DNA of 64,000 nt. Source: Phoronis australis (taxonomy: Eukaryota; Animalia; Phoronida). Shown here piece after piece: positions 9,679 to 23,379 of the stretch. The stretch spans positions 537,479 through 601,478 of the forward strand of contig NMRA01000186.1 in assembly GCA_002633005.1 (NCBI GenBank), written 5' to 3'. A program made the translations under genes and the position numbers. The notes under the pieces are model-generated. The model made no database searches. It was not told the DNA's origin and worked only from the letters and a program-made list of their open reading frames with translations. Every line of letters begins with the position of its first letter. Positions within the stretch are counted from its first letter, which is position 1.

Positions 9679-12330
9679 TTAAGAAGGCGTAGATGAGTGT
9701 TACTTATGATACCAGCCAGTGCTTGACACTCAACTTAGCACCAAGTCACTAAATGAGACTGCTAAAATCCCAGATTGCCAAATGAAATTCGAAGTCGCCA
9801 AAACTGACGGCAAAATCGTCAACCACAAAAAGGAAACGCCCTGCCATTCTACATTCTCAAAAAAATTACGGAAACGTCTTCCATTTCTCCCTATAAACAT
9901 GCACCATTCAATCTCTCAATTCCTCCCACCAATGAAGACTGCAGACGATCAGATTCACTGGAGGCATGTGTTTCATGGTCCGATTTTTGGGAAAAAATTC
10001 CCACTTACCTCTGTTGACTAAACCCTTTCTCTCGTAATTTAAGCACATTTGACCCTTGCTGACTGCTGACCCTGGCAAGTGCACTGATTTTACAAAATAA
10101 ACATATAATAATGTGAACCAAAGGTATGAAATCTAGGAAAATTTTTAGTAATTTAAAGTTCGGAAGTCACCACAAATTTTTAATAAATTTCCCGGGAATT
10201 ATTGTCCACCTTTGATACTCGCGGTGGCGACTTGAAATTTTCCCCAGGTCACCAAGCACAATCTGAAGTTGCATTGAAGAGCTAGTGGTAGCCTAACTGG
10301 AGCACTGCCAGTAGTCATCAACAAGCAGACAGACAACTTTTCTACATAGTTCTCAAGTAGTTAATGCAATAAACACAGCAGGCAGTTAAAAACAACACCC
10401 TTTCGGTGATAGTCTCTACTCTAAAACACACTAATTCACATGCACAAAATACCGCTCTAGCTGAATTCTGCACACATGAATAACTATATGACATTCGGCT
10501 GATGCGTAATTCATTCGTTCATCCACTTACAACACATTTTAGACAAGTCACGGTATAATGACACATGCATTTCAAGTTCTATTAAACATTTCAGTGTTTG
10601 TGTACACATCCATCACAAGTACAGGCATGCATACATTAGTTGATGACCCACAGAGCTGGGGTTAGTTTTTGCAAGCACAACTAGCCTTGCACTGGGGAAT
10701 AATTCCATATAACACATGTTGAAGTCTGACCTACCCTTAACCTTAAACAGTCATCTGCTTTTTCAGTTGCTCCACTAGCTAAAAAATATTTTTTTCAAAT
10801 ATTCAGATATTATACGTCACTGTGCGACATCACTCATTCTCGATCAAGCAGAATTAAAACCAGTTTTCAGAAGTCTGGAAAAACCTAGTGGAAATCAGAT
10901 CAGTTCAAAAATTGACAAGAGAAAATCCTTCAAATTTTCAATTTACTTTATCATCACATTACTTTCACATACATGAGTGGTTCTTTAGAGATTAAGATAA
11001 AAAGGTGAATGCCATAAATAAATTTAGTTTTGAATGTAGAAAACAATGTCATGAAAAACTTGAAGAAAGGCACGATTATTAAGACGAGCATTCCATGCTT
11101 CACAACGTAATATTTTCCAGCTGAATAAAAAGGTTAATCAATTAATTATTTGTTGCTCAAATAAAGAATGTTCAAATTAAACCCACACAAAGAACTTTTC
11201 AAGGTAACACATTAGCCCTCTCATTGGTTACATGTAAACAAAAATAAGTGCTAATCTGAAATCATGTAAACAAAAATAGTGCTAATCTGAAATCATGTAA
11301 ACAAAAGAGCAATGACGTGGGTTACATGATATAACCAATTCCTGTGAAAGTTGCACCATGTGCATTTAAAATCCTGACAGTAACAAAGTATTGAACAACT
11401 GTTTTAACATAAAGAAACTTTTCACGAGTTGGTTTGAGCTTTTTCTGAGAAAATTTTGACAAGATTCATGCATGAACTGAGCCAAATTTGAGCTTTCTGA
11501 TTAGTTGCGATAGAAAGGTAAAAGGTTAAATACCCACAGAAGGAATGGAGAAAGAATTATGCAGCAGCACAAGTTAGAGTATTCCAAAGGAGTACCGCGT
11601 TCCCAGCTTAATCTACACATATCAGCATTTTAATGGAAATTAATAATTCATAAATAAATTACACATTTTGTACAGAGCATGTTTACTCGTTTGCAACAAA
11701 CGATACTTTCCATCAATCATGTTCACATGTTGTAGCACTGGTCGAGCTCATATCCTCCAGAGTATTTTGCCATTATTTCTTGGCTTTATAGCCAGTCTTC
11801 GAAATGGAATAAGCTCGGCTCCCCTAGCTAAACAATTGGGATATTTGCTGGCATATTTACACACAGCGCATTGACACCTTTTAACCATTTTGCCTCAAAA
11901 TTCAACAAAGCCAAGGCACATATTTCCAAGCACTAAAAGGTCTTTCTCCACCCAACCAGCTGATGTAGCCGAGATTACATAAACAGCCAACTTTCTCAAA
12001 AGCTTACTAGTTAGAGTAATCAATAGTGAAGTTATTGCAAGGTACTGCTGCATTTAAGACAACCATAATTTTTTAACGGTTAAAGATTCAGTGACATTCA
12101 CATTCACATAATAAATTGTTAGCGAGCAGTAACACAGCAATTTGATTTGAATTTTGATCCAAGTAGATACTTAGGCACTCAAACATACTGGTTTTCCCCT
12201 AAGAACACACATGTATATCAAAATCAACAGAAAAGAGACTTATCAAATGCAAAAAAAAGAAAATCAAATTAAAAACCAGTGAGTTACAGTTTTGCACTAT
12301 ATAACATAGGCCTAGCATCTCTATGAATAC

Positions 12331-12462
12331 CTTTGATCAACACGTCAACTTTGGCTAGTAAAAACAGATGTTCACACTTCTCCTTGAGAAGAGATCGGCC
12401 ATTTTTCTTTCCAGCGTACGGCTGAACATACATCTTAATCCGACGAGGTCTACTTGCATAAC
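12331..12462 (-). CDS. CERKL: CERKL coding exon 3 (start of DAGK-like catalytic domain)
   Basis: acceptor ttcttcgcag|, donor AAG|GTATTC; SYASRPRRIKMYVQPYAGKKNG matches the CERK/CERKL RPK-L-I--NP--K motif; phase 1 to 1. Confidence 0.9.
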
Positions 12463-13399
12463 CTGCGAAGAAACAAACGTTGGAATAGAAATTCTGATAC
12501 GTTTCAAATTGTAGGGAGTACAACCCAACCACCATCAAAGCTGCATTAAGCCAGTGCTTTCTGACAAAAAATAAGATTTGATTTACAGTTCGTCATTATC
12601 GTGTTCCTTACTTACTTTAGAAGTGATCTCTGAGCTTAGCTAAAACTGGCAATTCGTTACTTCTTCAAGCCGACGTCATAAACTTTCAGGTCAAGGTGTA
12701 ACTTGAATTTTTTTAGCTTCAGCTGAAGAACAAAAAATTGCCACTTCTTTGCAAGACCAAAAATTACTGCTCGTCTGAAGAAGGAACAAACTGACACCAA
12801 TTTTACAGCAGTATGTGGTTTTAATCAAAAATTAGTTTCTTCGACACAATGCAGGTTTATAGCTTGCTTTAACTTTGTTGTACACAGAAAAACTTTTGCC
12901 TCCGTTGACTGATAGACTTCCAGCAAATGTTGTCACCAAACTGCTTTGACCAATAAAAACTCATTGTAAACTCATTACTTGTGAATAATGCACACGATTT
13001 AAAAGTGCTGAACAGAAATTTCCCAAAGATTGGTGATAACATGCAAGCTGGTAAAAATTCAGCAAAGGCACATCCTGTAGGGAATACGATACGACAGAAA
13101 AGGACACAAGGAAAAGTTTGACAAAATACCTATTTTCAATCAATTGTTAAAAATATTAAAGCGATAGAAATGACCCCAAAAGACCAGCAATTCTTACAGA
13201 GCCTAGCTGGCAAACTTCAACTTGCCAGAGGGTGGAAAATCAGGTGACCCCAACATTTCAACTCCATGAAAAGCCTTTTGTACAGATAATCATAGGTGAC
13301 ATATAAAGGCTTTGGATGAACGGCATTGAGTGGCATAAGCAAGCAAACAAGTCAAAAAACAAGAGAACAAGGCACCGCCATCAAACTGCACAAACATAA

Positions 13400-13718
13400 A
13401 GAACTTATAAGGTTATGCAGAATCGAAAAGTACGTATAAGGTTATGCAGGATCGTAAAGTACTTATAAGGTTATGCAGGAACCTAAAGTACTTATAAGGT
13501 TATGCAGGATCGTAAAGTACTTATAAGGTTAGGCAGGATCGTAAAGTACTTACAATGTTATGCAGGATCGTAAAGTACTTATAAGGTTAGGCAGGATCAT
13601 AAAGTACTTACAATGTTATACAGGATCGTAAAGTACTTATAAGGTTATGCAGGATCGTAAAGTACTTACAAGGTTATGCAGAATGTTAAAGTAGTTATAA
13701 GGTTATGCAGGATTGTAA
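13400..13718. repeat. Minisatellite, 29-bp unit (AAAGTACTTATAAGGTTATGCAGGATCGT), about 11 copies
   Basis: direct tandem copies. Confidence 0.95.
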
Positions 13719-14424
13719 CAGACGAAGTCTGCATGCTAAGCCAAATATCTACAAGACTATAGATTTCAGCTCAGTATATATATTTTCCGTAAGTAAATGT
13801 AAAATTAAATTTTTGGCTTTTCATCATTTTAGTATTAATTGGGTCAAGTGACCATGTCTTACTTGTAAAATTTAGCAAACAATGGTATCAATAACAAGAT
13901 CAAAATTAATTTAAATGTTCAAGATGAGATCCCAAAAACGATTTTTAAAATTTTTTTTTCATTTTAATAAAAAAAAACGAAGTTAGTTTTGTAAAGTATC
14001 GTTTCATATTACCAAGCAAGTTGTCTGGACCCTCCTCCCACTCTGGATCTACACATGCTTTGGCCACTTTCATATAATGAAACGTAGCATTTTAGAATGC
14101 GCTAATGATAGCATCATATACAAATTGATGCATATCAGCTGATATTGGAAAAGCGTCCATGTTGTGTCGAGTCTGCAGAAACGAACTCCAACACTGCTAT
14201 GATGACCAGGTATAGAGAGGGGGGGACCAAACTGCATTCGTGCAGAGAAAACGCACCGTTGGACACGTCTTTGCTTATGCTTGCCATTTGATCAATACCA
14301 TAACTAGTCTTTGGTATTTATTCTATTCATAGAAAGTCTTGTGCAAAAAAATATTTGTGTAGATGTACGGTGAACACATTGAGAGCGTGGGAGGCACAGA
14401 CTACCTGGCAACAGATATACTCAC

Positions 14425-14688
14425 TGGATATGATGGTCTGTATTCTATTCGACCATTTAGTGCACATGTCCTCACTAGGATGCTCAAGTACAAGTTCTTT
14501 TTCCACATATCTGTTGGCATCCTTCCGTTGGTATGTGAACAACGAAAGACCAACAACAACGCCATCACTGCCCTTCCTAGCAGACTTCTGCTTCTTAAGC
14601 TCACAAGCATAAATATCCCTGTATGATATGAAGCCTTTCTGCACTACATCTATGTTAGCACCATCTTTTTTCTTCTTCTTTTTCGAGG
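14425..14688 (-). CDS. CERKL: CERKL coding exon 2 (PH-like domain, poly-Lys stretch)
   Basis: acceptor ttgttctag|, donor CCA|GTGAGT; ASKKKKKKDGANIDVVQKGFISYRDIYACELKK...VVGLSLFTY...SEDMCTKWSNRIQTII; phase 1 to 1. Confidence 0.88.
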
Positions 14689-16581
14689 CTAGAACAAGAG
14701 CCACAAACAACATCTCTCAATTTGTATGTTTTACAAAAGTTATACATCTATACACGGTAATCTCAATTTTGCCAAGTACTATCAGTCTGTTTCTAACAAC
14801 CTCATTCGCATGAGGGAAAGGAGGCTCTGAAGGTTTGTGACAACAGGGTGAAGAATCAGTGTCGATATGGTAGACAACACACTCAAGACTTCTTGCACCC
14901 CACCTTCCAATGGCAACTGAACATTTTATTTCAATCCAATTTTTTACATACTAGTATAGATTTTGTTTCAAATTCACAACACTCTTTATTAGTTCATTCA
15001 AGGCAACTTTAAAAAAATTGTTGAAGTACATGTTTACGACTGTTCTTGAAAGTGACTTGAAACTTGTATCCATACCTACTTGTATCCATACCTACTTGCA
15101 TATGTGTTTGGGAACCACAGATATTGCATCTGCTCGTTTATTTATGCAAGTTCTTTTATACTATATCTCCTTTAACTGTCTGTAAATTATCCTGTTCTAA
15201 TGACCAGTTTATCGTATCTGGGACTGCCACTTGTATAGTGGTTGCTTTGTGTTTCTATCCAAAGTGTACTGACGCAGCCACATAAAAGCTCTCTGCCAAG
15301 CAGCAACTGCCTCTTGGCTGAATAGTTTGGAACTTTGGAGGCTAGGCTCTCAACCGCCAATCCCGTTTCAAGTCTCAGTGTCGGCAGAAATTTCCAAAAA
15401 ACGGTGATCAGGTAATTGTCAGTTACAGGGGTCCCGCATTCTGAGAACCAGTTTTCTCCAATTAATGGCAGGCATCAAACTGAGTTCTAAAAATCTGGGA
15501 CCCCTCTAAGTGAACATTGTCCAATGCCCATCACAAAGACAAAGTACCAAGTGCATAATGTCCATCAATCGGAATAGGCAACACGTAGCCCCTCGGCTAG
15601 CTGCCTGAGGGCAACAGTACTCCCCGTAGGTTTCTGTACTTAGTTCAACCCATGTATTTTAAACAAGCAGTGAGTCAAACCTGCTCATCATCAAAATACA
15701 TTTTAAACTTAAAAATGCCAATTAAAAAAGTGCACACTTTCTTTGAAGCTATCCTTTCTGGCTCTATATTCTCGATGGAACATATCTATGAGAATTAAGA
15801 TGACATTGGCGAAGAGTTCCATCTCCACTTTTTCAGTGCGAGCGATAACCACAAACTATTTCAATTGATGTTACACGGGGTAGGCAAAAACAAGTGCAAG
15901 ACTGAGGAAAGTGCGTGACCTCGCTAGCACTTGACTCTTGCAAAAAGCATGGGAAGGTATCTGATGGAATTTTTAAGATTTATGTCCCTTGGAGTTTTTG
16001 TTCGTCAACAGACATGATTTTGCATAACTTCCTGAAAATGGCACCCAGTGAAGGAAGCTTGAGTGATCTGCATCAGATTTTCATGGATTTGTTGTGTTCG
16101 ACTCATGTTGACTGAATTGTTGCCAGACTCATGGTATGTGTTAATTATCACTCAATGTGGAGATACATGCATGTTTCATTCAAAGTCATTCGCTGTATTT
16201 TGAGAAGGGTAAATTTTTATGGGGGTATCGCAAACGTAAACTCTTTCTTCCCATTCACTATTTTACTCTGGAATAGCCTCTCACAAGACGCCATCTCATG
16301 AGAAACAATAAAGACGGGACAAAGGTCACATCTCAAACATCAAGCTTACCCAGTAAATAATAAAACTTGTTTCATCCTGGCAGTAAGCCGCACTTGTTTT
16401 ATTGTTATTTTCACAGTTATGGGTTATTCAGTTATGCACAGTTTAGTTATTACTAATCATGAGTCAACATGTAAGGGTCGGTATTTTGATCGTTTGTTGT
16501 ATTGTGGAAGAAGTATCGGCAATGTAATTGCCTCAATCTGATACAATCCAAAGTTGGTAGATTAAAGTTTAGAAGCCTTAC

Positions 16582-16831
16582 CTAAAGTCTGCCCGTTTAC
16601 AAGTACCCATGCAATTCTTGCATCGGAAAGAACCACATCGTAAGACTTATGTTCAATATGGAATATTCCAGTGAGTTCTTCAAAGTTGTATCTAGGACTC
16701 TCTGGACCGGGTTCTGGGTCTCGAGGAGACGGTCGCGGCGTGGTTGCAAATGCCTTGGGCTTCCTTGGGCCCGAACTCGACGTAAACACTATGTCCCCGT
16801 TGTCTAAGTATTCTGTTATGGGGTCATCCAT
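16582..16831 (-). CDS. CERKL: Ceramide kinase-like protein, first coding exon (start of PH-like domain)
   Basis: accATGG start with in-frame upstream stops; MDDPITEY...ELTGIFHIEHKSYDVVLSDARIAWVLVN resembles the recalled CERKL N-terminus ([21 protein letters not shown]); donor TAG|GTAAGG; 250 nt, phase 1. Confidence 0.85.
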
Positions 16832-17853
16832 GGTTTACGTGATATTTCTTGCTTGCCATCATATGAGAATTCTTCGGAAACTGTCTCTCAAACAGGTTGT
16901 TTTTCGAGTGGCCATTAACGCATAGTCCCTACATGCACATTATCGTCAATATAAACTTTGAAATTAGGTCCAACTAATCTAATTTTAGATACAAATTAGT
17001 TAAGTAATTTCAATATTTTTCCCTTTTTTTGAAAAATGTTCACGTTTTTCATTGGTTTTCACTAAAAATTAATTTCAATGTTTATATTTTGAGAACAATT
17101 AAGCTGTACTAATTATACATCTTCAACACTTTATTAATAATATGTGACCTTTTGAAGAATCGGAAATCAACAAAGTGGCAAGAACATGATGCAGTTGAAC
17201 TCTTCCAATTGGCTAACAATGTCGTTACTATAGAGATTCTCCAAACAGTCAGGGTACAGTTTTTAAGTACAAATGTATTCAAGTACACCTGAGGTGGACA
17301 TCTGTTCTCATGGAAATTACAGCTGTACTTGATCGGATTACACCATTTTATTGGCCGATCTAGTAGCAAGGAAATCCCTATAATCCCAACTGAAAAAGAA
17401 CAAGAACTTGTTCTTACGGCAAAGTGGCCTGCATGGGAGTGCATGTGTTCTGCGCGTTTTGTTGGCCGGCTTGCGCGTTATAGGGTCCTAGGCCTACGCC
17501 AGGTCATATATTTAGTCAGTAAACAAACACGTGGAACAAAAATGAAAGCAACATATTGTAAAGAGTACTAAGAAAACCCACAATTACCAGTAGCGAAAAT
17601 TTGTCACACTGAATGAACAATTTAAGGTTCACGTCACAATCATTTTTTCAGTTCAAATATGTCGGGAAACCCTTACGAGCTAGTGCAAGGTGATCTTTGC
17701 ACAACGTTATCTTTCCATACCCAGCCTTTCCTCTTTTTGCACTCTACACCTAGTCGTCAACCGTTGAACGTTAACTTTATGAAAGAGCGACCTAGGATAT
17801 CACGTACAGAGGCGAAGTCTGTCGATCATGAGATGACACTCAAAAGAACTGAC

Positions 17854-18060
17854 CTGCCGAGGGCGTTATTGTATTCGCGTCGGCTGTGAAACGGGAATGG
17901 GGACGTGTGACATACACCGCTTATAGTGTGAGAAAAGCACAATCGCAGACCCATTAAAAGCGTGGTTCCAGTATCGGCCGCTTACTTGTCAAACAGCGGA
18001 ACTTTCCGATGTGGTGGCGGGAGCTGGTGGGAATGCGCTGCGAGGGCTTCAAGAGTCGGA
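17854..18060 (-). promoter_or_regulatory. Candidate CERKL promoter / non-coding first exon
   Basis: CpG-richer segment ending in donor CAG|GTCAGT; acceptor catgtag| at 16929-16930 upstream of the ATG. A second candidate donor CAG|GTATGT at 19225 lies next to a TGACGCCA CRE-like site. Confidence 0.4.
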
Positions 18061-21000
18061 TTCGCTAAGATTCAAATAAAACGTTCAGACACTGATCTCC
18101 ACAACCGTTAGGAATTGTTTTTCAAAATCGTGACTTTGCAAAATGTCAATATTGTATAAAGAAAAACAGCATTTTTGAAATTTCATTTTGAATATATAAA
18201 ACTGGAAATAAATGGTGTCATTTTGTTGTCATTTGTTGTGCTGGGTATCTTGGAGACTTTTCCACAGTATCTGCTATTAAATCTACCATTCGGTCATAAG
18301 AAAAACACCTTTTCATTTACTACTTCCCTTATCGTTACGAAGTGGTCTAAAAAATTTCAACAATTTGAAGAAAAAGATCGTTTCTTCTACCGTTTTATTG
18401 CCGCTTTAAATAAGGGGATAATCGGTTATTATTACATTTAGGTTATTAGCTTTGAGCGGATCGACCGAGCTGTAGAACAAAAAATCCGTTTTGTTCTCGT
18501 GAGGCTAGTGGTTACAAATTGCAAATTTTAGCCGTCGTCTGCCAGCTAATAAGTGAAATCAAGGCCGGTGACTACCAGTTAAATGTACTTGTAACATTTT
18601 GCCCATTGATCGAATGAGGAATGCGCAAGCCGTAGCCGACCGCCGTTGGACTGCAGCCACTGAGGTTGTATATCCGATTCCGTATAGGGGCACCGTTTTT
18701 CTCGACGATAATGTAACTTTAAATTCCAGTTGTCCATTGCCACGCCTTCCATGTCATTCAACACTGTTTTCAGTAGCCGTACCTTGCTTATTAAACACGC
18801 TTTAATTTTGGCTAGTGGTCTTATACAATATGATTTGAAGTTTAGATGGCCATAAACGAAATAGAATTAGACCTTTTACCCTCATAAAATCCGTCTCATA
18901 ATATATTACGTGCCGTATTTCCGTTGCCTACAAGAACATCGAAATCGTTAGTGCGTTTTTATTGGCCACTGCGCCTTAAACTGCGAAAACAACTCATGAA
19001 AACATTTGCCTTTGACTTGAGTTAGTAACGGACATAGAATCATGTCATGCTACTGAATTCACTTTTTAGCCAGCTAAACAGCTAATCAAACAGGGCGAAA
19101 TGCTGCTTCGTCGTCCAGTCTCGGTCACGGTCAAGTTAATTAAGCCACGCCTTGCTTTATCTCCCCGTGCCACTTTAAGTCACGCCTCTGTACAAAATGT
19201 TATAGTTCAAAGCAGCAAAACATACCTGAACAGAATCGTCTGTCTGTTGTCCAAATCTCCGCAAATGCCCCGTTGGCAACTTGAATAAATTAACGTTCGT
19301 CCAAAAGTGGCGTCATCGTACGGAACTGAAAGCGAGAGGGGTTGGGCTCAGTGGGGCTGAGTTCGTGAAGATTGCAACGCTCCTTTAAGTACATTCCAAC
19401 TAAAGCGGTGAGGAGAAGAATATCTACACCGAGAATCGCTTAATTTGTCGTGCACCTTTTATAGGTCTCACATGAAGTCATACTAACAATGATTTTCAGT
19501 AATATCGAAAGGATCAGGTCTTGCTCTGCTCAGCAGCTGGCACAGTCAAATACCTACCGTGTCCGACTACAAAACGACTCAATTTCATTAGCATTTCAAT
19601 AAAATGAGCAGAAATGTCTCATTTTCAAGTCTTCGGAGGTTCTCGGCTATATATTTGTCGGGAAGTACACCAAGTGGAAGAGAGTAGCCTCGGTAAAAAG
19701 GGTCATTTTCATGTTTGGGAATTGTTACAGAATCGCCATGCCTTTGTAGAGGTTAATCAAAGTTCATAATCCTAAATTTTCCGTAGGAATTTCATGACTG
19801 TACGATGACAAACACAGAACGGACAAGGCCTCGTCCGGTTTTAGGCAAGTAAAATTGACAGGGGAAACGGCACCGAAGCCAAATGCTGAAAAGATTTACA
19901 AGAACACCAGACGTCTTCCAGTGTAACACTCAAGTAGACATTGAAGTAATCAGAAACGGCGCACAGAGCATAGCCCCGGTGAAACTATAGGGAGAAACTT
20001 AATCCCAGAGTTTCAATTTCTTATATTTCCCGTGACGGGGTGCACACCTTGGTTGGTGGCACACGTGGCTCCAGCGGTGGCAACGTTTCAATTCAGTCAA
20101 CAACGAAGAGAAAATTGTAGCCTCATCTACACAGAGCAGCGTGTGTTTTCAATTTGTGAATGGGCATCAGCTAGGTTGTGCTTAGATGATGGGACATTTG
20201 CAGCACCTACCGTAAAAGTGCTTGAAGTTTGATAGATAAATAAGCGAGCATTAAAAAGACAAAAACGTTCAACATAAGCATGAGGTCACATTAGGCGACT
20301 GAAATATTGAACCCTAAGTGTACCCGAAACAGCTTGTCCTCACCAGACTGATTGCGTAATGCTGTCGTCAGGCCATACTGGTGATAAATACCTGTTTTTT
20401 GTGAGCCACGTGTTTTTGGGCTGCGTCAGTGCTGGAGGCCTGGGATTTGAAGCCAACACAAACTGTAACTCTTATTTCTGGATCATTTTTTGATGCTGCT
20501 CAACGAGACGTTGAAGTGTGTGCGAAACCAGTCATCAGATCATCACGCAATTGTCCTCAAATGATTCGCATCAGGCCATGCATTTACGCTGGTGGCAGCT
20601 TCCTGTTATTGTTAGCGAGTCATTCTTTTTGGACACTGTACTCACAGTGGGGCGGATTGAAATGCAGCACATATTGTAACTTTACTATTTATGGGTCAAT
20701 TCTTTTGCTTCAGAAACGAATCACGGATACTTGTTTGCAATAATTGACAAATTCACCCCGGCAATAACGCAAACAAGTTGGCTGGAACGTTTCAATGAAG
20801 CCACGAAAGGTTGAGTTGTAACACGACCAGCCGGAAAGAATTGAAGTGCGCACGCTTAACATGATGCTGTCTCTTTGGTCTCCAGGCTTACACAACAGCA
20901 AACTGGGCAACATTGAGGTACGTGTAGTCTCCTACACAGACCCACGAGATTGACGTCATCTTGTGAGGCCCGGGAACCAGGTTGACATTGAGGTGCACGC

Positions 21001-21311
21001 GAGATCATAGAAAGAACCTAAGTGGCTACGGAGGCACTGGATGGGTTTTCATTGAAAAAACTAATGGTGAATATTTTCATATCAAAGACAGGATTCAGTC
21101 AGTGGTAACAAATTAGTAGAAACAGCCACATTGTCTCAGTTAAGTCAGGCAAGGTTCATTTGTAACATGAAGTAACGATCGAAGTCCACCTTTCAGCGTA
21201 TGATGCTTTCGCTGCTACTTTCTGGACTAACTCATGGGCCGCGAAGCTGTAGGAATCAGAAACACGCAATTATAAGTGAATAAAATACTATATTGAAGCA
21301 GACACTTGATG

Positions 21312-21468
21312 CACAGGCGCTTGGGTTTATCCCAAATGACGTCACTCTATAATATATATAAGAAAATATAAAGGTTGGACACTCGAAATCTGTTTAGCCG
21401 AGGCTCCCAACTTCAACCGTCTTATATATATATTGTGACGTTATTTGCGATAAACCCAAGCGCCTGTG
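21312..21468. mobile_element. 157-bp MITE, CACAGGCG termini, 8-bp TSD
   Basis: TIR CACAGGCGCTTGGGTTTATC / GATAAACCCAAGCGCCTGTG; TSD ACTTGATG on both sides. Confidence 0.92.
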
Positions 21469-22001
21469 ACTTGATGTTGGTATATTGACAAAAATGAGAC
21501 TAAACTACAGTGATTTAACAAATCGTTATAACTGATAGGTGGCACCACAGTACCCCCCTCCAAGCGGAGGACTAAGGCAAATCCGAAGTGGGTGGAGAAT
21601 CACGAAAACGCACAGGCAAGCGCGAAACGCGGCCAGAACGAGTAACTTTAGNTCTCGGGAGGATCGCCCCGTAGACTACGATGATATTGTCTTCCTAAAT
21701 TTAACTCCCTGCAGTTAGCCTACGGTAGCGTCATTGTCTGACAGAGAAGTCGGCCAAAAACGATACGTGCACCCTGAAAACCCTGTGAACACGCAGGAAA
21801 CTGCTAGTTAAGACCAATCTTAATGCACGGTGCGTGGCCCGTAAAACTTAGTTTGCTTCTCGCACCGAAAATGAGCGTGGACTAAGAATTCACTACACTT
21901 TAAATTAATTGCAGCGCTCGATCATTTCAGTGTCAAACAAGTGATGGCATCTTCGGTCGAATTTCCTCATGCAGTTAGGCCTACTCATTCACAAGGACTC
22001 A

Positions 22002-22137
22002 ACATGGCGGCGCACCATAGGGGCTCTTACTTTTTTCCGTGCTACGTCGCACATGGTCTATATAGGCCCTAGAGGCATCACACGGGCTGAGGAGCCTGGC
22101 TATAGCCCCCACTTTTTCAGTGCTGCGCCGCCCATGA
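22002..22137 (-). mobile_element. Short MITE (CATGGGCGGC termini), copy 1
   Basis: reverse homologue of 39175-39318. Confidence 0.65.
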
Positions 22138-22454
22138 TATAGGCCTTAATAATCTGCAGAATGCATCAATTTAAGTGTTCGAATCAACCGTATTCGCGCA
22201 TTCCGCTGCAAGTTTTCTCACTGGTCTACTATAGCACTACACATGAGTGGGCACATCCTTGGCATATGCGAAACTATATTTTGGTTTAGATCTTGTCTTG
22301 TAAGTCTAATCGGCCGCAAGGGTTTACCGAGGGAATTGCTCATTAGGTGTTTCCAGCACGCACGAAGGCTAGCTGCGGCTTGCCATGATTTGAATGAATC
22401 AGTCGGTTGCGGCGTTGGTCAAGACTGTAGGGGAATGCGTGACCAGAGCCACAT

Positions 22455-22970
22455 AGAGCGTTCTCCCCTTCATGACTTAACAGAGCGATTGTGAACGTCT
22501 GATAACGTCTAGCTCCTTTGCTAAGTACTGTCGAACACAGTCTTTTGTTTAGTATGACAACATATGCAGGTCAATTATCTACCATGCAGGCTTGGTACCC
22601 GGCCGACCACGTGTGAACGCAGTTAATCCTAGTGCGAATTGGCCTACGTTCGGAATGAATAAATTGTAATAACTTCGGTTGTAGTTGGGCGAGTGGTTCA
22701 AAAAATAAACATGACCAGTATTTGACGTCGAAATTCAGAAAGGCTATTGGTTTGTGTTCAAATAAGTTATTTTTTAACTTTTATTTTTAACAGGGCATCC
22801 AGTAGGCCTGGAGCAATTATCAAACAAAAGAGAGCTGGCCCTCCAACCATAAACGCCAGAATGGAGTTAATCAGTCGTGTAAGATACTGGCTACAGCAGT
22901 CATCTTCCAAACTTAGTTGTTGCGCTATACAATCGAACAAGCTGGGCTCAACTGGAAAACGCCGATAGTC
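22455..22970 (+). mobile_element. MITE family copy 2 (homologous to 7277-7904)
   Basis: shared blocks such as GACCACGTGTGAAC and GGAGTTAATCAGTCRTGTAAGATACTGGCTACAGC. Confidence 0.75.
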
Positions 22971-23379
22971 GATAGCCTGTGCGCGCACCCAGCCTTCGAT
23001 ATGGGGGGCTCGAATTCCCGACTGTGGACCATTTGCCTAACAAAAGAGCGGGCGGACTAAAAAGAAAAAAGAAAGGGAGCACTTCTGTGAATTGCGCGTT
23101 TGCGCTTATTTAGTGGACATTTGTCCCATTTTCTCTGACTTTTTGTCTCTCTGGGGCGGACCTTTTTGCCCTGACTTTGCCAATTGGGTGCGTGCATGTA
23201 ACCAATAAGTGTTTTAACGTTTATTTTTACAATGGTCTTGATACAGCTTTAAATAACGTTTTAAATCCTTTCAGGCGGACTTATTTATCAGCTGACTTCC
23301 AAGTTAGCTGACGACTGTGGGCGAGTACCATGAGTCTGTCCACCGCTTAGCTCATGACTGAGTTTCGAAATCCAGTAGT

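Noticed and set aside
9717-10307. hAT-like element with CAGTGCT...AGCACTG ends
   Set aside because: Very short TIR and no matching TSD; probably an old repeat, boundaries unsupported
13400-13718. Regular 29-bp repeats resembling a CRISPR array
   Set aside because: Head-to-tail units with no unique spacers, eukaryotic intron context, no cas genes
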